Part shown: positions 26,410 to 36,854 of the stretch, one piece after another
How positions within the stretch are numbered: the first letter of the stretch is position 1
How the letters are laid out: every line of letters begins with the position of its first letter
Assembly (NCBI RefSeq): GCF_018977255.1
Contig: NW_024704742.1
Coordinates: 86,926,001 to 86,990,000, forward strand
DNA from: Callorhinchus milii
Taxonomy: Eukaryota
Direction of reading: 5' to 3'
Length of the DNA: 64,000 bases
Program-made: the position numbers and the translations under genes
The notes under the pieces: generated by a model
Seen by the model: the letters and a program-made list of their open reading frames with translations, nothing else
Databases searched by the model: none
Told to the model about the DNA's origin: nothing

Positions 26410-27229
26410 TCTTTGGTAGGGAAATCATTGTAAAAGTAACGTTGCAGAGATTTCTACTATTAATTATAATCATAACAATATCTTGCATTTGATGTAGCGC
26501 ATTATCACGTCATTGAGATGTTTCAAAGCACTTCACAAGATTTTATTGTGGAGAAGAGAGAAGATAAGTAGAGTCTCCAAGGCGGTGACCTGGGTCAAAG
26601 CAGAAAATTGTCTAAATCTAAGATGGTCCTGAGTAAGATCAATGGCCAACGACCAGCTCATAAGCAAGATAACAACAAGACTACATTTGTATAGCGCCTT
26701 TCACGTCTTTCACGACCCAAGGTGTAAACATGTCCTAAACCCTGTGAACCTAGAAATCAGATAGTCACTCTGCAGTAAATCCTGGAATTGCTTTGAAATA
26801 TGCACCCAAGGTGAAAGGCACATATATTATTATTATTTATACTTATTATTATTTTAAACCCAATAGGTAGCCAGGTCTTACCTGGACAAGATTAGTGCTA
26901 AGGAGTTAACCATTTGTGTGCAATAAATCCTGCTTCTAAACAAAAGTCTTTAAATAAGAGTTCATACAAGCTTCCTCTTTGAAGTAACTTTGATCATTAA
27001 TCGACCCAGTGACTGGGCAACAGACCGTAACAATAGCATTTTATTGAAGTAACTTTGATCATTAAAGGCCTGTATATGCCTTTAATGCCATGACTGCAAT
27101 ATGTCATAATATCTAACAAGGCTCCAAAGCCAAGGGATTGCTCAACTGGAGGGATGCAAGGGTTCGCCTGTCTAATTATTTCACAGTGTAAAATAGTTTG
27201 GAACCTAAACTCTCTTACATTAAATCTCT

Positions 27230-27327
27230 CAGTGTCATATGTTTAAGCTCTGTTCTCCAGTGCATTGATTGACTTTTCAGAAACCCAACCAATGGACTGG
27301 AGAACAGGGGTTAAACATATGACACTG
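27230..27327. repeat. 98-bp near-perfect inverted repeat (palindromic MITE-like element or hairpin)
   Basis: 42-bp arms match at 38/42 around a 14-nt loop. Confidence 0.9.
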
Positions 27328-30300
27328 GAGCACATCCACACACACAGATAACAAAACACTGGAAGTTGGAAGCATTTCAACATCAGTCTCAAGGATCAAT
27401 TATTAATCCAGTTATGCATTTGTAACACCGTGGTTTCTGAATTTTAATTCATTAAATCAATATTTATTTCTTGACCCAGCAACAAGAGTATGTATGAATC
27501 ACTCAAATACATTGCATTCAAAATTAGTTTTCACTCATTAAACTGCACCCAGCATCCAAGCTGTCGCCGTCATGCAATATTAAATTATTATAAGTGGGAG
27601 CTCTGAATTATTACTCAAAAAAGGTCAACCTCTCTTTAGTTAGAAACTGCAATCAGCTGTGCTAGCTCAACACTGCAATTTTTTTCTAAAAAAATCCTTG
27701 AAATGCCATTTTCATAATACTCGTTGTAAATTACAACATCATCACACAAGATTGGTTTTGATGACGAAGGCACTTCACCCACTCGATCTTATCCTTCCAG
27801 AACACCCACGTACCACACTGATCATGCGTCCTTTATGTGGGAAAAATGTCTCAAATTGATTTACAAAGACGAAGGGGAGCCTGAGCAGGGTGAGAGATAG
27901 GGAGACGTGGCCCTTCACTGTGTTGAACCTTTCTATGGAATATTAACTTTACTGTGCGTCAATACATGAAGAAGTTTTTAAAATAAACCAGTGTCCTGAC
28001 CCAAACCATCTTTCCTGGTGACCCACTCCAACTATTGGGAATACCATGTCGAAGAAATACTTCCGAGCTTCATCCTAAAATTGGATGTCCACAATTCTGA
28101 AGAGTTGACATTTCGCCCTGTCGCTTTCGTCTATACGAAGGTATTGTTCAGACTTGCCTTTCCTCTCCATTTAACATCTTACACACACGTCTAGAAAATA
28201 CTCCTCTGATCCCTTTTCAGGCTGCAGTGACCTAATGTATCTAGTCATTCCATAAGGATTCTTGTAGAATCATTAGATTTCTGGTATTCCTTCCTTTTGC
28301 CTGCTTTCCTCTTAGTTGCTTTTTAAGACAGAAACTCTATGATGCAAGACTCTGGATGCAAAAAGGAGGACTACTGACAAAGCAACAATGATTGGGCAAC
28401 AGACCGCAACAATAGCATTTTATGAGCAATTTCAGTCTGGAATACTCCTCAGGGAAAATGAAGCTGCGTAGAAACAAAAATAATCTGAAACTATTTTAGA
28501 ACATAAGTAAAAACTGAAGCCAGGAAGTGACATAACTAGCTGGAGCCCTTGTCATTTTGAAATTCTCTGCCAGGTATCTGTCTCATCTCCCTGTGGTAAA
28601 GGTGGCCTATTAATTGGTGAACACAAGGTAAAATTAAAGTAGAAAGATGCGGCATAAAAATAGCAAGTATTCTGCATTCTTCAAAGAACTATGACCCAAT
28701 TATAACAGGTTACGCTTTTCTAAGCAGACAACACAACTGTGCTCTTGGAAGTGATCTTAGAAGTTGTTGCCTGGGTATTGTGCATATGCACAGTGCACAA
28801 GTGACCTTGCGAACCTGAAGTTGGCCATTTTTGTAGTTTAACATTTTTTTAAAAAAAACAAGTTTACCCCATTAAATCTGACTTCTTGATGAGGAAAAAA
28901 ACCTTAGCACTCATTTCAGTTTCAGAGTGTAATAATCCCAATAAAGTTACAGGCATTATATATTTATAAGATCCAGCATTTAGAAAAGCATTTTAATGAG
29001 TTGCTGCTGCAACCTCTATTTCAAAAATCATACCTCACTTCCTTCTGGTTTTGTAAGCATATCCTCATACATCCAGAGTTTGATAGCCACCTCAATTCGT
29101 TTTTTTAAAGAGCTAAGCAGTCATTGCTCAAGCTCCGCACCTCCAACTGGTGGAGCCATTGTTCAATGGATAGGAGATGCGCATCCAAGCTGTACACAGG
29201 AGGATAGTGGCAATCTTCCCACGCATTTCATGTTGAGTTGTGCTGCTCATCAAGAGGCTCATGAGGAGTTCCTGGTACTGCCTAATGTGTACTCAACCAC
29301 ATAACCACCTAGTGTGTGATCAAACCTGCCCAATCTGGATAGCAAATAACCAACTATTGTTCGGGGAAGAAACGGGGAGTTCCTCTGTGGCGGTATCTCG
29401 TCAATTTCTTGAGACAAGCAGGAACGCAGTACTTCAAGGTACTGCTGATAACAGACCTGGCAGCCTGGCTCACTGACAGGACTTTGAAGGGCAGACCCGT
29501 CACTGGAGACTGGGATTCTTTCCACTCAGCTTGTATCAACCCTGCAAGCCAAAGGCCAAATGTGTAGGGTGATCTTACATGGGAATAATTGGTAATGGAT
29601 TTCAATGTATGGCACTGGATGGCCACACAAGTAAAATCTAATGATGGAAATCTCAGATGGGCAGATAATTCATACATGTGAGATCGTTTGGGAAGTAGGT
29701 TTAAATCCTCAAACTGAAGATAAATTAAAATTGAATGATTACATAGGACACCTGTATGAATCAAATGTTTAAAATGATGCTATGCTGGGAGGATGGTAAG
29801 GGTGGGTATTCTGGAAAGATCAGATCAAATAAGCCGAAGGGCTTTCTTCGAATGAACTGGTGATTTGTGAAAATCAGTTTAACTAACACTCTCAAATCTA
29901 AATAAATAAATAGTATTGTACAATCAGGAATGTGAGAGCAGATTTCCAGGGATTAAAAATATCACTCCAAAAATCTTTCCATATCTCTGTACTACCTTAA
30001 ATTTAGTTTTCCTGCTTTTCACCTAATGCAACACAACCTATTACAGCTGTTCAAACATTTGCATACTGGCTTTTCTGGTGGTGGTGCAGGGGAGGGGGGT
30101 GGGGGGGAGAACTTTTGTTTCTCTATATATAGCTTTTGTTTCTCTATATATCACATAATATTTCTAGTTCTAGATGGGTGTTCAGCTCATTGGCTCACAT
30201 TGAATCAGTCTAGATGCATTTAATTTTTACTATTTAATGAATTGACATTCCTCACACAAGATCGATTGTTTGTCCTGGTCCATTCAACACGTCTATTAAA

Positions 30301-30413
30301 GATTTGCTTCTTTACCATTTCAAATGATCATAGTAAATTCAAAAACCTGCGCATTAACCATTCTTCAGGAATTGTTTTCCCACTTACAAAACATTAGGCA
30401 AAACTCTCTACAC

Positions 30414-31198
30414 ACAACAACAACAAAATTACATTTATAGAGCGCCTTTCAAGTCGGGAGGATGTCCCAAAGCGCTGAACAGTCAGGTGTCGCGGCCCGA
30501 GTGTGGGGGAGGGGTGGTGTAGGGGTGAGGGAAGGCAGAGAGGTGGGAGGGAGACCAAAGGCACGATCGAAGAGAAGGGTCTTGAGACCAGCCTTGAAGG
30601 ATGCAAGGGAGAAAGCGAGGCGAAGGGACTGTGGGATGGAGTTCCAGAGTGTGGGGGCAGAGAGGCTGAAAGTCCGTCCAGCAATGGTAGGGCAGGTCGG
30701 GCGGGAGACATGGAGCAGGTTGGAGTCTGATGAATGGAGGGAGCGGACAGGTTGGTAGGGAGTCAGCAGGTCAGAGAGGTAGGAGGGGGCAAGGCCATGG
30801 ATGGCCTTAATGGTGAGGACGAGGATCTTGAACTCAATCCTCTGGGGGATGGGGAGCCAGTGGAGTCGGGCGAGGGTGGGAGTGATGGGGTCATAGTGCC
30901 TAGTGCGCGGGAGGACACGAGCTTCAGAATTTTGGATGATCTGCAGCTTGTGAAGGGAAGTGTTGGGAAGGCCGATCAGGAGGGAGTTCCTGTAATCAAG
31001 CCTTGAGGTGACGAATGCTTGAGTGAGGGTTTCGGCAGCCTGAGGGGTGAGGCAGTGCGGAGTCTGGCAATGTTGCGGAGGTGGTGGTAGGCAATGCCGG
31101 TCATGGCACGGATGTGGGGAAGAAAGGATAGTTCAGGGTCAAATAAGACACCCAGGTTCCTGACTGATTTAGTGAGGTTGAGTGTGCAGCCATGGAGG
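30414..31198 (-). mobile_element. L2 LINE 3' fragment
   Basis: VRNLGVLFDPELSFLPHIRAMTGIAYHHLRNIARLR, continuing to the 3' tail. Confidence 0.9.
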
Positions 31199-32186
31199 CT
31201 GCAAAGTATATCACACACAGTCATTTCTCTGTAAATTATTTGGGACAAAATCTGAATTTCTTTAGAATGTTTGAGAAAACTGAGCAAGCAAAAAATTCCT
31301 TTTGCATCAAAAATGAACAAAATTATAATTGACCTATATTCTCAATTAGATACCTAACAAACCCTCAATTAGATACCTTACAGGAGCTGGTGTTCCATAG
31401 GGGGGGTATAATCATAGTAATCCTTGCATTTGATATAGTGCCATATCGTGCCACTGAGTATTCTCAAAGCCCTTCACAGGACATACTGTAAAGTGACTGT
31501 GTATTTTGTGAGCGATTGTGGCAGCCGATATGCTCACAGCAACATCCCACAAAGTGCCATGGAGCAAGTGGCCAAGCTCTGCAGTGATTGATAAGTTTCT
31601 GAAGTTTGGTGCTAAAATCTGGTTAGCCTTTACTCAGCTTGGGCTTCCAACACCCATGTTAGTCTGGTGGAAGAGAGGTGGGCACTTGTTTAAGTAAAGG
31701 ATCAAATATAAGCAACTAGCTTTGGCATCTGGCAAATGTGGCAGCCTCAGTTGGGAAGCAAGCAAAGTGTGCCAGAAGTGCAATTGAAAAGTCGAGTCAT
31801 TTTGATTTTTTGGGCAAGAATTCACTTTTACTTAACTAAAAATATTAAGTTTTTGTACATGATTTCTCTTTTACTGTACATTGCGTGGCTAACACTTCTA
31901 CGGGGTTTCGAATCAGTGGGTGTGTCCCAATATAAAAAGACAATCCATAAGTCTTTTCGTCTCTTCTATTTCTGTAAATAATCCATATTGAAAATAAAAT
32001 CTTTCTTGGAAGTCGCAAAAATGGTGAAATAATTCAAATCAGGGATGATACAGGTGCAGACTAATTCACCTGGTAAAATCTTTAGAGCAGGCTGCAAGAA
32101 TCCTGGGCTTCTTTCAGGATTCACCATTTAACTGGCTACCCAAGTCTCTTGGAAGTCAGTTTTCAGAGCGCTTCTTTCCCAATTCC

Positions 32187-32413
32187 ACCCTTTGGATGAG
32201 ACATTAAACCAAGGCACCGACTGCCTGTTCAGGTAGATGTTAAAGATCCCATGGCATGATTTGAAAAGAGAAGGGAGTTTCTCCCGGTGTTCTGACCAAC
32301 AATCCCCTTGATAAAATCAGTCATTAACTTCATGGCTGTTTGTGGGACATTGCTGTGCGCAAATTAGCATTCATCCGCACATATCAAATGTGAGGATTAT
32401 TATTTATTATTAT
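32187..32413 (+). mobile_element. DeuSINE partial copy
   Basis: ggatgagacattaaaccaaggc...gcctgttcaggtagatgttaaagatcccatggca. Confidence 0.8.
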
Positions 32414-32698
32414 TTTGCTGGGGATGAATCCGAGTCATCCAGGCTGGACCAACACACCAAATTGGCAGCCAGCTTGGATGGTTGAACATGTAGGACTATT
32501 GCTCAGTAATGCTGGCGGATCTCCAAAAATGGGCAAAGTACAAAACCCCTCAATAAATAATAATCCTTGCATTTGATATAGTGCCTTTCAGGTCAGGAAG
32601 AGATCTCAAAGCTCTTCACGGGATTCACTGTAAAGCATTGTGACTGCAGATTTTTTAAGTGAACATGCAAGCGTTAACAACTCAAACCACAGTATACA

Positions 32699-32945
32699 GA
32701 AATAAAAACAGAAGTTGCTGGGAACACTCAGCATGTCAGGCAGCATCTATGGAGAAAGGAAAGTGAATTAACGTTTCACATCGATAACCTTTCGCCAGAA
32801 CTGATGAAAGGTCACTTTTTTCAGAGTGCTTGTTTAACAATTCCGCCCTTTGCATGAGATATTAAACCAAGACACCATCTGTCTGCTGAGTGTTCCCAGA
32901 GACTTCTGTTTTTATTTCAGATTTCCAGCATCTGCAGTATTTTGC
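32699..32945. mobile_element. Penelope-like element terminal-repeat palindrome with hammerhead-ribozyme remnants
   Basis: Arms gaaataaaaacagaagt..ctgggaacactcagca (32699-32733) and 32884-32918 match at 33/35. Central ctgatgaaaggtca on plus and ctggcgaaaggttatcgatgtgaaacgtt on minus. Ends in ccagcatctgcagtattttgc. Confidence 0.75.
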
Positions 32946-33332
32946 CTACAGTATACTCAAGTGCTGTAAAAGTGCTAAGAAAACAGCATTTCTACCATCA
33001 CCTATCCTAAATATACTAAGTGTGCCTTTGATTGCCTATGGAGGTATTGTATTTAACCACAACCAACAATAAAGATTTGACTCATAGAAACACGGTAGAT
33101 AAATACTTCACAGCTTTCTTTGTGTAAAGAGGTTATAAACATTTTGGTCTGCAACAAGTTTTTTAAAGCTTTTTTTGCAAGCAGCTGCTAAGCCCAAAGA
33201 CACAAGTTTATATAGACCGCACATACAGTATTTCATCCAGGCTTCCTAACAGAACCAGATTTTGTTCTCAACAACAACAAGATTACAATTGTATAGCGCC
33301 TTTCACGTTGGGAGGATGTCCCAAGGCGCTGG

Positions 33333-33899
33333 GCAGGCTTTTGTCACTTCTCAGCTGGACTACTTTAATGCCCTCCTTGCTGGTCTCCCATCCACTACCA
33401 TTCATAAAATCCAAATCATTCAAAACTCTGCCACCCACATTCTCACCCGCACGAAACTCCGCTCCCCGATCACCCCAGTCCTCGCCAGACTGCACTGGCT
33501 GCCTATCCCCAAAAGGATCGATTTCAAGATCCTCACTCTTGTATTCAAGTCCCTGCACTCCTCTGCACCCCCCTACCTCTCTGACCTCCTCTCTCCTCAA
33601 AACAGTACCCGTTGCCTTCGTTTCTCCGGGTCTGGCCTTCCCCTCATCCCCTGCTCCACCCACGGCGAATGTGCTTTCAAGCCACTATGCCCCGAAGCTC
33701 TGGAACTGCCTTCCTCACTCCCTTCGCCTCGCTCCCTCCCTTCCTCTTTTCAGGTCTGCTGAAGACCTTACTTTTCGACCGCGCCTTTGGTCACCTTCCT
33801 CCCCCCCCCCTGGCTCGGTCCCGGGATCCCTTACTGTGAAGCGCTCTGAGATGCCGTACGGTGTGGAGGGTGCTATATAAATCCAAGTTGTTGTTGTTG
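33333..33899 (+). mobile_element. L2 3' fragment inserted inside an opposite-strand L2 tail (33266-33332 and 33900-33945)
   Basis: AFVTSQLDYFNALLAGLP...LHWLPIPKRIDFKILTLVFKSLH. Host resumes as acagtgtacagcatttc (compare the intact copy at 54810-54850). Confidence 0.88.
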
Positions 33900-34329
33900 A
33901 CAGTGTACAGCATTTCAGACCCGAGCTGAGGTCAGGGGGAGGGGAAAAGTTTCCGACTTCAAAGTTGCACACTCAGGAAAACAACTTTCTGTGAGACAAT
34001 CTCCTGAAACATCAGTTCACATCTCGTAGTGTAATTAGCTGAAGCTCAGAAACTGCGTCCTGTACTTGTGCTTAGGAAGACTAAGCAAGAGATTTGTGTA
34101 GCACTGATCGACGTTATAAGAGAATCATTCATCAGATTTAAAATGGAAGATTGCCTGTAAAATAAAAACAATGGGGTCGAACTTGTCTGACAACGCTCAT
34201 CAACTTTTGTAAGGAAGTGGCATCCCAAATAGACCTTGGGAAGCCATATCATTTGGTGCACTTAAACTTCCAAAAATGTATTTGACAAAGTACAAGTATC
34301 ACACGAGACTCCTTCACAATCTGATACCA

Positions 34330-34925
34330 CTGGATATCAAGGGCAAAATATTGGCAGAGAGAGAAAGGCAGAGGGTAGTTGTTCAGGGAGCTATATCAAA
34401 ATGGTGTTGGGGTGGGGGGGAGAGAAAAAGAGTTGGCAGGGTACCTTAAGGATCTGTACTGGAATCCCTACTGTTCATTGTATATACCAGGAATAGAGAA
34501 ATTTATATCAAAATTTGCAGATGACACAAAGTTAAGAGGCACAATAAATTGTATAGAAGGGAACAGGTTGTTACAAAAGGATTTAAACAGATTAAGTGAG
34601 TGGGCAAAACTGTGTCAAATGGACTTTAATGTGGGGAAGTGTGAGGTCATCCACTGTGGATCCAAAAACAGCAAAAGAGAATATTTTCGAAATGGTGAGA
34701 AACTAAGAACTGTGGAAGAGCAAAGGGATTTGGGTATCAACATACACATATCACTAAAAACAAACTCACTCATAAAAAGTTATCAAAATGGTTACCAGGA
34801 AGAGTGGTTGAGGTCAAGACACTGGATTCGTTTAAAAACAGCTTGATGCTATGGTGGGAGGACGGTAGCATGGCATTTTTGTGAGGATGAGATCAGATGG
34901 GCCAAAGGACCTTCTTTATCCAAAC
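34330..34925 (+). mobile_element. CR1 LINE RT fragment and 3' end, with internal deletions
   Basis: FISKFADDTKL...LQKDLNRLSEWAKLCQMDFNVGKCEVIH...EQRDLG. Confidence 0.88.
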
Positions 34926-35153
34926 TTTTCGGGAACAGACTAGCAAAATATTCTTTCTCCAGTGTAGATCTTTAGTGACTGGTTGCAGTAAAATTGCAAT
35001 TTTGCAATTTTAAAAACAATGATTTCTTCAATATACCGATAGCACAAATTCAGCAGAAGGGTGGAGTGGTAGTATTTAAACTGTTAATCTGTAAAATTGT
35101 ATTTGAAGCTCCAAATCAACTCGGTAGGGAAATACAGATAAAATATCACTTAC

Positions 35154-35206
35154 CCGCACGTGACAGTGATTTGTAGCTGTGCCAACCGTGTCTTTAGTGA
35201 TCAAAC
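35154..35206 (-). other. Candidate 53-nt non-coding 5'UTR exon of PIP5K1B
   Basis: Strong pyrimidine tract and acceptor tcttttcttcccctcttttaaatttatag|G, consensus donor CGG|gtaagt. Same strand as PIP5K1B, in non-repetitive sequence, no ATG inside. Confidence 0.55.
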
Positions 35207-35506
35207 CTATAAATTTAAAAGAGGGGAAGAAAAGATAAATAATTAATTCTGATTTTTCAATATTTGTCCTGCCTATAAAACAGTTAATAAAACTGGAGCA
35301 ATACTTTTGCATTTAGCTTCCAAAATCTTTTAAATTTATCATTTCTAGAGAACAGACTATTTTTCCATGATGGCATACTCTACATTTGGTTAAGGGCACT
35401 CCCAGGCCAGGTATAGTCTTGCCAGTTACACAGTGAAATTCCAACTAATCTGTCTCAAATCCTAATTTCAGTACAACACTCTTTCGCTCTTTACTTACAC
35501 ATCACA

Positions 35507-35832
35507 GGAGTCCTGTAGCTCAGTGGTTAGAGCACTCGCTTTGTAAGCGAGAGACCTGAGTTCAATTCCAGGCAGGTCAGGGCGAAACCTTGGGCAAGTT
35601 TCCTTACTCCAGACGCCAGATAATAATCCCTCCAAAACCAAAAATAATAATAAATTGGTCATTTTCAATCCACGACTGTTTGTGGGACATTGCTGTGCGC
35701 AATTGGCTGCCGCGTTCGCCCACAAATATACAGTCAATTCACTTTACAGTGTGTTCTGTGAAGCGCTTTGGGACGTCCTCCCGACGTGAAAAGCGCTATA
35801 TCAAATGCAAGGATTATTATTATTATTATTAT
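35507..35832 (+). mobile_element. Young full-length tRNA-SINE (with CAGGT head duplication)
   Basis: Near-identical to the 1284 and 24044 copies, but with ggcaggtcagggcg. Confidence 0.92.
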
Positions 35833-35856
35833 CATCCTTCTTGCTCTCTAAAATAG

Positions 35857-36340
35857 ATAATAATCCTTGAATTTAATACAGTTCCTTATCACGTCATTGA
35901 GACGTCTCAAAGCACTTCACAGAATATAAGAGATGCAAGACGAAAGAAGACCAAGGTCCATCTAGTTTGCCTTCCACCTTCCTGGCGGTTGCATGAATAT
36001 ATGCCCAAACTATCTATGTACTATAAGAAAGTAAACTTGGAACAGCCATCTCAAACAATTAACAATAGTTTGCTTTGACCAACCACAAAGTCAAAATTAC
36101 CGTCCCCCCCACCACCCCAAGAAAACACAAGCAATATTTTATTGTAATGCCATTTTTGATGATTGTTATAATATATACTGTAAAGGAATTGATTGTATAT
36201 TTTGTGGGTGAAATGTGGCAGCCAATTGCCCAAAGGTCGTTGATTGAGTAACCAAATTAATACAATTTTTTTGGGAAGGGATTATTACCCCCAGACATGA
36301 TCCATTCATTCAACTAACAACCGGGTTCCTACTTACTCTG
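35857..36340 (-). mobile_element. Long-subfamily SINE split by a ~240-bp insertion (35929-36168)
   Basis: Reads cacttcacagaatata|...|atatactgtaaaggaattgattgtatattttgtggg across the insertion. Confidence 0.75.
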
Positions 36341-36535
36341 ACTTAAAAAAAATGACTTCTTTGAGTGTCCCTATGGTCACCTCCCTTCCCCCCTCACAAT
36401 TCTTGGTGCACTTTATAGGTGTAAACTCTGAGCCATTACCATATGTAAAGGGCATTGCATAAATGCAAGTTGTTGTAATAATCTATTTACATAAGAAAGT
36501 AAACTAGGAACAGACACTCGAGTGCTTGTTGTAAA

Positions 36536-36854
36536 AATAATAATAATAATCCTTGCATTGGATATAGCCCTTTTCACGTCTTCTCGACATCTCAAAGCGC
36601 TTCACAGAATATGCTGTAAAGGGAATTGACTGTATATTTGTGGGCGAAACGCGGCAGCTAATTGCGCAACGCAGTGTCCCACAAACAGTCGTGGATTGAA
36701 AATGACCAATTTATTATTGTTTTGTTTTGGGGGATTATTATTAGGCGTGTGGAGTAAGGAAACTTGCCTAAGGTTTCGCCCTGACCTGCCTGGAATTGAA
36801 CCCAGGTCTCTCGCTTGCCAGACGAGTGCTCTAACCACTGAGCTACAGGACTCC
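36536..36854 (-). mobile_element. Full-length tRNA-SINE (CAGGT duplication, older tail)
   Basis: Complete copy; possible aaaaat TSD. Confidence 0.9.
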
